NCBI GenBank assembly: GCA_013265495.1
Contig: MU058919.1
Location: 3,505,599-3,569,598 of the forward strand
DNA: 64,000 nt
Direction: 5' to 3'
From: Vicugna vicugna
Lineage: Eukaryota
This document shows, piece by piece, positions 51,681 through 63,900 of this stretch (the first letter of the stretch is position 1; the number at the start of each line of letters is the position of its first letter). A program made the translations under genes and the position numbers. The notes below the pieces were generated by a model. The model had not been told where the DNA came from, did not search any database, and saw only the letters and a program-made list of their open reading frames with translations.

Positions 51681-54600
51681 CTGAAAGAGGTTGTATCAGG
51701 AACTGAGTTTGGAACCCAAAAATGTCCCCAAAGTTATATTATTTTTAAAATCTGAGCGGTAAGATTCTTGGGTGCTTGGAGACACTCCAGGCCTCTGGAT
51801 CTGGATAATCAGGTGTATTGTCACACACGGTCCAAAGGTTCAAACCTGTAATTTGTACGGCTTCCTACTTAACACGAATCAACATCTAAGTAACTTGTTT
51901 ATGTGAATCCGAGCAGGATTCACTTGGCACCAAATCTCTATATTCTGTCCTTAATATATAAGGAAAATATACCTTAAAAATAAACTGATTAAAAGTTATA
52001 ATGTTTTACTACCTTTAGGTTGTAGGTTAGCTCAAATATTAGATCAAGACTTATCCAAATGTTTGTATGCAAATTTCCTGGTAATAAGAGTGTTGTCATA
52101 TAATATCAATCACACTAAATTTTGTTTTAAAATATTGAAGTCACTCCATAATATTATGAAATATTAAAATCAAATATGTGAAGCGACTAAACCTGCTTCA
52201 TAAATTATGTCAGCTAATTTCGTGAGCTGGGCAGTGAGGGGCTCAGGAGAGTCAGTTTGGGTAAGGGAGTTGTTTATGAAGGAATGGTTCAAAATAACAA
52301 TGCCAGTTTTATCTGGGGAGTCATAATGACCTCATATTCCCCCAGATGCCTGTGGTCTGCCTTAAGTAAGCATCATTTGTGTGGTTACCTCAGCTTCTTG
52401 GGTGCCACTCACGGGTTAAGCAGCAGCCTTGCTGTGCACCTGCTCAGGTGTCTGGTGGGCTTACCCAGAGCTTTAGAATAAAACGTTCCTGATGCCCCGG
52501 TCACTGCCTCCTTAAATTGATGCCAGTCTGTAGGACTGCCGCTTTGCAGTGTAGCTGTGGTTTCTTTATCATTATTTCCTGAGAAGCAGCCTGTCCCCAA
52601 CATTAGTAATCTGCTTCTCATACAAGAGAGTTCAGTGGTTGTTTCTCTAAATGAGACAGCCATGGGTTAGAGCAGACAAGAGAATACAAATGTCGAGCTA
52701 AGTGAACACATCTGTCCAACTGCTCTGCTGGATTCGACTGTTCATCCTGAGAATCATTTTTATTTTCTGACTGCTTATTCCATCGTGTAGGAATCTTCCT
52801 GGTAGACTGATGCCCTTCGTGCACGAGTCTTTTATTAATTTACTACTTTAAAATGTATTTCTCTACAGATGGAGAAATAAAAGACAAAAATTCCCTCCCC
52901 TGCATGTGGGGAAGGCACTTGTGGCAGAGAAGCCCCCAAAGTCTGCAGAGAAATAGGGTATCCAACTTTCCACAGGGCTTTTCAAGGCTTCCCAGCTTTG
53001 GCCTTGTTAACCTACTTCATCACCGGTGGTTGTGCATCTCAATAGGATAATGGGCCTGATTTAAGTAAAAGCTAACGTCTAATATCACGATCATAAACTA
53101 TAGCAAGTTTAAAGTCATCCTCTGCTTTTCAAGGGCACCCTTCTTTAAGTAGAGGCCTTTCCTTTAGCTAAAGAAATTAAACTGAATCGTCCTATCTTTA
53201 AGGAAATGATGAATTTAGTGAAGTGAAGAAAAGCTCAAACTCCCTGTAGCTAACATAATTTATGCAAAATCATGCAATTAGCGATAGCTGTGCTAGACAT
53301 TTTTTTCTCCAAATGCGCCTGTAATAAAACCATCATGAGTAGCAGTGCCATCTAATGTAAGTAGTAAACATGGATAGTGAATTATTAATATCTGGTGAGG
53401 CATGCAGATGGCAGGACTTCCATTTTTCCTTTGAGCAGATAGCATGATTGCTAATCATTCTAGCAAAAAGAAAAAAATGGCAAGATAAATAGGAACTTTT
53501 CTTTGAAAGTAACATTCAACAGGATATGAATGTAAAACATAGCACCCATCGTGAATAGTAAAAACAGGCACTTTTTCCGCCTCCGCAAAGTGAAAAGATG
53601 GTTATACTTTCCGCTGGATCTGGAGTATAAGCTTAATGAGGTTAAAGGATTTTCATGTGTGTTCTACTCATGGGGAACGGCCCAGGGCAGGTGATTTGGG
53701 TGGTAGTTGGCAATCAAATTCCCAGCGCGGTAACCTTGACACTTCCCCTTTGGCAAATGGAAAGGGAACCCCCTAGTAAGTCCTCCTCCAAGGGAAAATC
53801 TCCAAACGCACCGGCCTCGACCCTCCTCCTCTGAGCTCTAGTCTTGTGAAATGATCGCGTGGGTTCCCAGCCAAGACTGGGCTGGCCCGAAGTTCCTTCC
53901 CACTCGTCCCAGTTCACCTCGGGATGCTTCCGCAGGATTTAAGCGCTTAAGCAGACAAGGTCAAATTAAACTGCTTCACTGCCGCTTCTGGTTCAGGGGC
54001 CCGACCGGGCGTCCAGCCTCCGCGCACAGACCTGCAGCAGGAGAGGGGTCAGGGCTGGGGCCCCGCTCTGTAGATGAGCCAAAGGCATCCTTTTCTCCCC
54101 GATTTACTCCAGAGGCGCCTCTCCTCCCCCACTCCTGGCATCCCCTTATCGCTAGCTCCATCTCCCTGTGGAATATTTTTGGGTAGTAGAATGCTGAGGG
54201 CACAGGGACAGGCTTTTTATCCTGGCGATGGAGAAGCCAGCCGAAACCCTGAGCATGAACCAGCAAGACGCAGACTCGCTAGACTTTGGGCTCCAGGCGC
54301 TGCCCCGGCCCCGGGCCGGCCCGCGGGCTCCCTCCTCCCTCCTGCGCTCGCTCGCCAGCCAGCAAGCCCGCTCGCTCGGTCTGCAGCCTTGGTTGGTTTC
54401 CCACGCCTGTCCCGGTCTGACTCGCGATGCCAAGCACCCGGAATCCCCGCGGGCGCCGACCCCGGCCCGCAGCCCCGGGAAGGTGCCAACCCGAGCAAGC
54501 CCTGGCGCCACGGGTGGAGACGGGCATTTCACGTGGGCATCCGCCTTCGCTCCTGCTCACGCCTCTCCTTCGCAGCCGGCGTCAGGGCCCCTCCACTCGG

Positions 54601-55129
54601 ACTTATCCCCCCCCCCCCCCACCCCCCCCCGAAGTTAATCAGCCGCACTTGCCAGTTCGCTTTAGTTTGGAAAATACTTAAAAACCTCGAAACGTTCAGG
54701 GCCACAGCCGCCCCCAGATCCCCCTAATTCTGCCTGGCTTGGGCTGTCGGGCGCTCTCGAGGCTGTGGCGTTTATCTAGAACCGACATCGCAGACCTGCA
54801 GCCCCGCTCCTCCCCGACCGTAGCCAAAGTTGCCGGACGCCCCTTGGCGACCCGGCCTCGCCAGATGCAGTTGCATAACCTCGCCCCCCGCCCCCGCCCC
54901 CGCCCCCGCCCCGACAGGGAGCTGGGAAGCAGGCGGCGAGGGGAGTGACTTTCTCCGGACCCCAGGGCAGACCCCAGCCTGTGTGGGGTGTGCTATCCTG
55001 GAGAAGCCCGTTCGGGGGCGAGGGCGAGCGCCTGAGCCGGGGTCGGCGCCCGTCCGGGATGTGCTCTGCCCACGGCCAAGTGCAGCGGGCGCCGGAGCGC
55101 AGGCGGAGGGCGCGCGGGGCTCCGCTTAC

Positions 55130-55416
55130 CTTTCGCAGCTTACAGATAAGTCGAGGTCGGTGCAGCGCCTGGCTCGGGCATGTCTCGCCGCGGACCCGGG
55201 CAAGCCTGGCGCGGCACGGAGCACTCTGGGCAGGGCATCCGCGGCAAGGCTCGCCGGGCTCGCGCGGAGGAAGCCTCGGCTCCGGAGACTTGGCCAGCTG
55301 CGCGCCCGCCGCCCGCCCCCTCCACCGCCGCCGGCCCGGCCCGCCCGGCCCGGCCGGCCCCCGCGCCGCAGCTCGCGTCCCTCCGGCCCGGCTCAGCGCC
55401 GCGCGCGGGGAGGCAG
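55130..55416 (-). other. INSYN2A: Candidate INSYN2A non-coding exon 1 (5' end runs into the gap)
   Basis: Consensus donor GCGAAAG|GTAAGC (GT at 55129-55128) inside the CpG island. The TSS cannot be seen because of the gap. Confidence 0.6.
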
Positions 55417-55556
55417 NNNNNNNNNNNNNNNNNNNNNNNNNNNNNNNNNNNNNNNNNNNNNNNNNNNNNNNNNNNNNNNNNNNNNNNNNNNNNNNNNNNN
55501 NNNNNNNNNNNNNNNNNNNNNNNNNNNNNNNNNNNNNNNNNNNNNNNNNNNNNNNN
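55417..55556. other. Assembly gap (140 N) in the CpG island core
   Basis: Run of N flanked by extremely GC-rich sequence. Confidence 0.99.
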
Positions 55557-58479
55557 GGAGGCGGGGGCGGAGAGGGGGAGGGAGCGGGAGGGAAGTCCTT
55601 GCCGCCGCCCCCGGGTCCCAGCTACTCCGCGGAGCCCGGCGGCCGGAGGACAGGGCGCCGGAGCCGCGCGCCCGCCGCCAGTGCGCCCGGCTGGCACCGA
55701 GGCGGGCGGAGCCCCGGGCCCCGCGGGGCGGGGGCGGGGGCGACGCGGGGCTGGGCCGGGCCGCGTGCGTGGGGTGGGGAACCGGAGAGAGTGGAGCGGG
55801 CGGGAGTGGCGGAGCCCCCGCCCGCCGACGCCCGAGCCGGAGCCGGAGGAGACGGTGGAAGGAGCCGGCGGCGGCTGCCGCCTGTGCGCAGGGCTCCACC
55901 GCGGCGCGTCCTCCGGGTTTCTGGGCTGCAGGCGGCGCTGCGCGGCCCGGGAACTTGTTGAGCCTACCCTGGAGCCGCCTCGGAGCCGCCGCCGGAGGGC
56001 GGGGACCCCGCGTTTTCTCTCGGGAGGGGTCGCTGGGGTCCCCGGGGCGCTGGCCGCCTGCTGTGCTAGCCGACCCGGCCCAGCGGGGCTTTGAAATCCA
56101 GGAGCGCAGGGGGCTGAGGCGCCTGCCCCCTCACCTGCGGGTGCTGCCTTGCGGAGGCCAGGGTCAGGGGCTCGTTACCTGGAGTCCAAGCCGGGGTCAG
56201 CCCCTGAGGGTGGAGACTGACTGGCGGGCCAGCTGTGACTGGCCTGAGGACTGAAGCAGGACTGCCGGCGGGGTCCGTTGCCCGCTGACATTTGGGAACA
56301 CTGAGAACTGGGCCGCCGCTGCTCCTCATCAGGACCCTCCCCTTGCACTCACACACATCACCCACCTGCGGATGCCACAGGGCGCGGGCTGCGTTGTTCC
56401 AGGGCAGAGTTGAGCTCACTTGGGGAGGCAGAGATCTAGGATGCACAAGGAGCTACACCTCTCTGCCCCCTCCACCCCAAATCCACCAATGAGTAGGTCT
56501 TCTGAGCTCCGAGAAGCTGCCCCAGGGGCCTCCCTGATTCCTGGCAGGACCTGGTGCCTGGACCTGGGACTAGGCATTCAGCTAGCTGCGGGTCTCTTGG
56601 CTCCCTAAATTTTCTCAGGCTTGGGGCTTGAAGTTTATTCTCCATGAACATACCCGAGAGTAGCCACATTCATTGGCTTTAATATTTACCAAGGAAGTTC
56701 AGAGAAATGTTAGACGGGAGGGCAGTGACAGGCTTTGGGGGGTGAGCTGGGAAGACAATTGCTAACGTCCTTTCTCTCACCCACCTCTTCAGACACAGCT
56801 ACCTGCCGGTGCACACACCCCTGCCTGCTCACACACCCCTGCCCGCTCATCCCTGAGTTCCTGCCCCTCTCACCAGCCCTGTGCCTGGGTGCCAGCCATT
56901 GCTTGGTCCTTGTTCACTGAGCTAACCTGAGCTTAGCTCCATGCTTTATATAGTATCTGTTCTCTATAAATTGCTTTATATGAAATACTTTGTCTATACA
57001 CGGATGCTTGGAGTGATGTGTCCAGATATTACACAAGAAAAACATCTTAGAATCTCCTTTTTGCTCATCCTTTGGGATGCAACTCTACAACCCTCGGCAT
57101 CCAGATATACCCAGGAAGGGAATCCTGAACCTGTGGATATAAACTCTGCCCACTGCACTCTTTTTATTATCCCGTTTTAACCTAGATTCCTTAAGTCTAA
57201 TTTTTAACCTGTTTACTTCTCTGTCTGGTAGTGATGCTGGTGGGGCTGGCTGGAGAGATTTTCCAGGTGATGCCTGAGCAGCCTGGAAACGTGTAACCCC
57301 TGTTATGCCTAGGAGGGAACTGATGTTGGGGATGGGTAGGGCTTGGGGACATTTAATGCCAGGAGGGAAGGATTGTCACCATGGATGCCTCCAATATACC
57401 CCCCTGGGGATGGGCTGTGGCTACTGTGGGCTCAGTAATCTTTCCCAGGAGTCTGGGGGAACTTCCTGTAAATCTTGCTTTATTGCTAATCCATAAAAGT
57501 GAACTCTGTCTTCCATCTCTTAAACATGTCACCATAAGTAAAGCTGCCAGGAAATCCTGAAATGGTGCTGGTGGTAATGGAAAACTAAATTTTGAGGGAC
57601 CCTGAGTGAACACTGATAAAGGTAGATGCACAAACACATACCAGACCGAACAGAGGAGAGCCACAGGTGGCAACAAGGGAACAGCTGCAGGGACAAAGGT
57701 GTTTGAGATCCACGTGATGTATATGATTCTAGGCTGCAAAAGGAAAGCTGTAATTGACAGGTTAGGAAACTCACTTAATATGAAGAGGAGAATTTAACTG
57801 ACCGTTTCCATATCATCAAGACTACTTTTAGTTGTTCAGTTGTCTAGTAGACTTACAATTGTTTTCCTGAGTGTTAAAATCATTGATGTCCCCTTTCTTT
57901 TTTGAAGTGCAAAACCATTGGTCTCATACTGCTTCATTGCAAGTCTTCGGCTTTACGGATGTAGTTCCTCGTGAATCCTCGTTTCCCCGTACCGTGGCTG
58001 TCGAGAGGTGTTCCATGTGGGTGTGGTTCATGGGTTATCATGCTCTAATCTTTAAGGCCAACGCTGTGCTGAGGGCTGGCTGGGGACGTTGGGGATTCAG
58101 CTGTCTTCCTGCTCACAGACTCCCATGGCATTATGGTTATTTTTTTAATGGTGTGATGTGTGTGTATTTTTAGGGTCTAGAATGAATCATTAGGTTCAGT
58201 TTCCTCAGAAAAAGAATTAAAGTTGGTAGAAAGTGGATTCACTTTAGGAATCAATTAGGTAAAAATTGGTGCCTTACATTTTGCTTCAGATTTGTTGCTG
58301 GAAAAGATGGACTTGCAAAGGGAAAATTGGCTAGTTGTAAAGGGGGATTTTCTGAAAGCAGAAGCACCTAAGAATAAAAATACAGGAAAGTACATGACAG
58401 ATAATAGGAAAATATTTGTGTCTCTCTTCTTTTGCCTCCTTCTTGGAAATGCACATGTGTTAGGTAGAGAATTGTTGGA

Positions 58480-58900
58480 TTTTCAGCCCTACAGCTTAGT
58501 AAATTTTGATGTCTCAATTTCCACATTACAAAAGACAAGAATATGCAAGTCAAAGATGTACAAAAATGTTCATTACATTTTTTTTACATCTGTGTTCCAA
58601 ACTGGAAATAACCCAAATTTCTGTCTACAGTGGGATGGATAAAAACTGGGGGGTTTAATTTATGCAGTGGAATACTACACAGTCAGGAAAAACAGTTATT
58701 GCTGGTGATGTGGTAACAGGTGTGGCATTCATAAACCTTATGCAGCAGAAGCCAGACTCAACGCTAAATGTCATGTGATTCCATTTAAATTAAGTCCAAA
58801 AAGGTGAAAAAGTTGCCAATGGTGGTAAATGTCTGGACAGTGGTTATTTTTGAGCATCTTGTGTGCACAGGGCCACACTGCTTTCTGTGTATCTTCACGT
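58480..58900 (+). mobile_element. Old L1M (L1MC/L1ME-type) 3' fragment
   Basis: aaaatgttcatt...caaactggaaataacccaaat...atgcagtggaatactacacag...aagccagactca...atgtgattccattta. Confidence 0.65.
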
Positions 58901-60699
58901 AGGTGGTTGCACAGTTGGACATGTATGGAAAGATTCATCGAGATGTTCTCTTTTCTCCATGTGCCTCCATTCTGTCTGGGCATTCTCACTGCAATCTTTG
59001 CCATGTCTACACCCATGTTCCCTAGTAATCTGTCCCATTAAATGAACCAGCTTATCAGTCAGTGAAATTACCTTGTATCTTTTGAAGCCCCTTTCTCTCC
59101 AAAACCCAAGCCAGGAGAAAAGAGGGATGTTGGCCGACTTGCTGCTGTAGTAGGTAATGTTCTTGATTAGCTGCATGTTGGAGCATCCTTCTTTGGGGGG
59201 CAGCTGCTGAACATCTGTCTGACTCTCAGATGCCACCCCGATAGAGTTCACATTGGAAATGATTTTCCTGCCTCATCCTTTAATGTTCTGCAGTGGCTGT
59301 CAGGTCAGCCTGTGTCTGTGATGGCAGGTTCCACCCTTCATTTCAGAAGCTGTAGGTACAAATCAAGGAAGCTTAACCCCTACGGAGGGCAGGTAACTCG
59401 GGTGGACCCTAGTCTGCTGGGGAGAGATCAGTCACATCAGGATGTTTTTCTTTCCTCTTTCAAGAAGACCTAGCACTCAAAGGGGCTCCAGCCGGACCTC
59501 ATCTTTAGCCTAGGGGACTAGCGAAAAGCCCTCTTAATCTCTCCCTTTGTCATGTTGTGCTCAAGCATTTATTGTCTGCTTTCTGGACTGACTTTCTGAG
59601 CATAAGAGCCTCCCTCTGTGTGAAGTCCCCTGCCCGTGGGTCTTCCATTGTCCCGGCAACAAAGCCACGTTTCCTCCTGGTGGAAGTCAGAGCTGTGTTT
59701 CTCAAGTGCTGGTTCCTGTTCCAGAAGCTCTCCCTACCCCTAGGTTCCCTTCCTTCCAAGATGAGTTTCTGGAGAGGTGGTATATTATCCTGGAACACAA
59801 TTACGTTTGGAGAAACTGAACATCATGCAGACTAGATGAAATCCCTGGTTTTCTAAAACGCATTATTGTGAATCTTATTTACCTGTAGGAAATGAAGTGG
59901 TTTTATTTTTAAAGAGAACAAAGGTGGTTGCAGGTTTTCTTGAACACACCGCGCAGCTGAGGTGAGAAATGGTGAAGGGTGGACGTGCGCTCTGACTCTC
60001 TCCCTCCACACTCGGAGCCCCTCGTGTGCAGGGTCTGCAGACCCAGAGGCTTTCCCCTCTCCTAGGTCAGTTACTACCCCCTTTCCTTAGGTGGATGCGC
60101 TGAGAAAATAAATGCACGGACCTCATATAGCTGACCTTCATTCGGGGAGTCTCAGTGATGGGGTCCATGAGGATTTCTCATTATCCACATCTAATCTACT
60201 GGGAAGCAGATCTCTTCCGGATGAGGTGGATGGCTAAGGGGCTTTTCTTAATCCCTGCTGGTAATACTGGCAGTGTCTTTGAGCCTGCCGAAGTCAACTC
60301 CTCATAAAACAGGTAATATGCCCAGGCTGAAGAATGATACCTTTGACCAGAATTAGGTCAAGAAGGGATAAAACTTGCTTTCAGATTCCAGTGTCCGCTC
60401 TGCTAATCCACTGTGCTGGTGTCAAGTCTACTGATGACCGTTTCTCGAGCCGTCTGCCCTGGTGCACACGAGCCTGGGGTCAGTGTGGGCCGGGCCACGG
60501 GGTGGACCTTGGTCTCCCTGCAGCACTTGCCGTCGGGTATCTGGTACAGATATTCCCTTGTTTGCATGCTTTTCCGCTCTTAGGATCCACAGACACTGGG
60601 GAGCGATGGGGGCGAGGGGAGGGAGAAGAAAACAGAACCCCCCTTATTTCACTCGTCTCTTTCTACCCACCCCGTTGACCGTAATGATGGTCTTCCTTT

Positions 60700-60910
60700 G
60701 TGGGATGTGTCCAGAATGCCACGCACCTAGTACACTGTGCCATATCTCCCTCTGTCCCCATGAGACGACCATGGAATAGACACTCTTGCACTCTTTTCCT
60801 AAATGAAGAACAGAAAAGTTAAGTAATTTCTCTGGGGTCCCACAGCCAGGAAGTGGTGGAGTCTAGATTCAAATCCAGTTCTGCCAGATGCTACAGTGGT
60901 GCGCTGCCCC
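60700..60910 (-). mobile_element. MIR SINE
   Basis: aaatgaagaacagaaaagttaagtaattt...cacagccaggaagtggtggagtctagattcaaatccag. Confidence 0.65.
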
Positions 60911-63900
60911 GTTCAGGTTTACTCTTTGCACATCAATTTGAGCTTCGCCCAGGAACAGATTGAGCATCACTGTGTTTGTACCACGCCTTGGTCAGACATC
61001 GTGGTCCTACCTGAAGACTGGTGTTAACCCGTGGGACCCTCTCCTGGAAACACCAGCTGCCTGTGTCCAGAGCCTCCGGGCTGTCGTGGCGTCAGCTTGG
61101 CTCTGCCACGGGACAGATTCCAGCCAGAACTGTGAGCTGCTAAAGCCAGCTGCTCATAAAGCAGGTCTCGTGTCCAGGCTGCGCGGGGCATGCTTTTGAC
61201 CAAATGTTGGTTTACCTTTACTCCCTGTCCTGGCTCCGATCGCTGTGTCAGACTCTGAAGTAAAAACAGTCCCTGGAGCAGCATAGACGTCATCATGTCA
61301 AATTTGTATAGCGCCTTAAGCTTGTATGACTTCAGTGATGTGAGCCCACGTTTTCCTCACTGAGTAACGACTATAAAAACAAGCCATCACTGCATGTGTT
61401 CCCTGTATGCCACAGAAGCCCACTTCAGGTCCTCCCAGTGCCGTGCGCAATGACCCTGTATAGGATGGTCTACTAGTAATGCTTAGTAACGTGGATCACG
61501 GATGACGTGGTACCAAGCGACCACCCACTGGGAAGCAAGCATTTTGTTTTTAAATCTTTTGCTTTAAAGAATGTCAAACATTTTAACAGGCCAAGTTCCA
61601 AAGGGGAAGGATACATGCAGTCTTTAAAAAAGTCCCTACTTCTGTTTGGTGACCTCTAAGGTCACACCCAGATTTTCAGTTCCATGTTTTTCATCAACAT
61701 TTCTTTTTTTTTTTTTCATATTACTGAATCCTTGGAGAATTAAAATAGGCCATTACTTTAATTCCACTGCACCGTCAGGTTGCAGATCCCCCCGTTTCCA
61801 ATTTGCCTAATTTGTGTTTTGGCACATTCTGGAGCAGCGCTAAACTCTAAATGTGTGCCCTGCCTTAGAAGCTCACTTCTGGGTTTCCATCTGTTAATAC
61901 CAGTGCACCTTTAACTAACGTGAAAGCAGTAACCGAAAACATATTTTAACACATTTCTTATACGAATTTAACTTCTTACAGGATCCAAAGAAAAGAAGAC
62001 ATTCTGGTTTTCAATGTTACTTTCTTTAAAAAAAAAATGCTTTTTTTTTTTTTTAAATACAAAATTGAGTGCCAGAGGTTCAAATACATACCATTAGAAT
62101 GTCTTGCAGACGGCCAGGGTTGACTGGGACACCTGTACCACAGATCCCAGCTCCCTGGCGGGTTCCTGCCCCGCTTCTGAGCTCAGCAGAGGGGAGGGGT
62201 CCTGATATCCCAGGTCATGAATTTCATCCCAGTGAGGGAGGCAAATCCTACTAAGCTTTTTTCTTATTGATGTTCATTCATTGGCTCTTTCATTGGAAAT
62301 TAAAAGAAGAAACTTGAAAATCAGGGCATTTAAAAAAAAATAATGAATTTGACTTGTGAATTTGGACATCAAGTCACCCAGAAGACGAAAGACCATTAGT
62401 GGAGAAACCTGTTACTCTGTGTCAAGTTTCTGGGAACTTTTCGTTCTTTGTATCTGCGTTCTCAGTGTGGACACCCAGTATTTGTTTCAGAATTTGTTCA
62501 ATATGGAAAATGTTCCCCGGGGCTTGGGCCTTTCAGCAATCAGGGAGTCTTCTCGAGACGGAGAGCTGAGGCCCGAAATGGTCACCACGTCCTCATTCAT
62601 CGTGATTTGTCCCCTCCTGGCCCATCTTGTGCTTTACATCTCTCTGCCTACTTGAATGTGGATCACCTTGTTGCGTTTGGTCACCGTGAACCAATGTAGA
62701 ATTGTCCTTTTATGAGGGTGTCTTGGGCTGTGAGCAGTGTGCCCTGCAGTTCTAGTAGATGAAATTTATTGATGATTTATTTTGTTCCCTGAATCCAAGT
62801 ATGAAAATGAAGAAATTTATTTTAATGGTCCTTTTTCTCCTCCTCTCCCCAGCAGAGTAAATATTGTCACATGAAATTGCTGATGACACTTCCTAGTCCC
62901 TTAAAATAAGAGTTGTGATTCATTCACACCATGAAAATAGTAAAGAGCCAGCATCTTCACCTGCAGATCCATCAGCTGTTGGCCCTTTCCTTGTTTGGTC
63001 CCTGGGTGTTAATGAACATCTTCACTTCTGGAGCCTTGTCTGCTGCCGACTCCGTCGTGGACTAGGGACGTGGCTTCTGGATGTCAGGCTCTGGGTCTCA
63101 GCCCCGGGAATTCCACGTTCAGGCTCTGCAGTTATGGGCGAATTGCAGGAATTCAATTGGATATTTTAGACAACCTCATAAGAAAATGAACAGATTCAAG
63201 CCACACTGCAGTTTGGCTCTTCCCGGTCACGTAAGTGGCCCAACTCCGACGCCCACAGCACAGGGCCCGTGGCTTCCCAAGGAAATGCTTTCCTTTTGCA
63301 CATTAGGCATATGCCGGGTTCTCTGTTGAATTCTTGCTTTTCCGATGGACGAGCATGCTTTGTTATGCTTACAGGACACTTTAAAACATCACTGTAGCGA
63401 AATCAGCTTCAAGTGTGACGCGTATGGCAAGTGTTGAGACGTGTCTGATGTTTGCCATGAATTGTGAACAAGCTCCACTAAAGCAGAAATAATATCTATA
63501 TACTGTGTAAAATGCCACGATCGCCCATCGACTTCTTTATTCTTTTTTTCTTGACAAGCGTGCATAATCTCTACATTTGAATACAGAATAGAGCCAATGT
63601 TGTAAAGGAGTTGTTCATCCGTGTGTGTAACTCACTTTAAGCAAACTCCTTATATGAAAGTGTGTCTGGGCAACAGGTAGACTGATAGCTTTCACTTTAC
63701 CAAATGCACATTTTGCTTAAGATTCCTTTCGGATAATTACTGTCTCTCATCCCCTTAGAGGGATTCAGTTTGTCAAAAATTACTTCATATTTGATTTTGC
63801 AGGACTGCGTCTTTTGCATCAAATGTAATCAATGCAAAATCGACTCTTGTTCAGACACATCCGTCCTTGGTTATACACGCATTCTTGTTGACACACAGGT

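Larger units (their letters stand above)
54050..56300. promoter_or_regulatory. CpG island, probable INSYN2A promoter and first exon
   Basis: Very GC- and CpG-rich, with many GC boxes (GGGGCGGGG). It lies about 19.5 kb upstream of the coding exon in minus-strand orientation and contains a strong minus-strand donor at 55129. An N gap (55417-55556) sits in its core. Confidence 0.85.

Noticed and set aside
54074-56254. Long Pro/Arg/Ala/Gly-rich ORFs (474, 338, 304, 217, 185 aa) in the CpG island
   Set aside because: Stop codons are depleted by extreme GC content, and several ORFs are read through Ns. No recognisable protein.
59866-59900. Minus-strand acceptor-donor overlap (catttcctacag|GTAAAT)
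   Set aside because: It lies upstream of the INSYN2A promoter on a strand not expected to be transcribed there.
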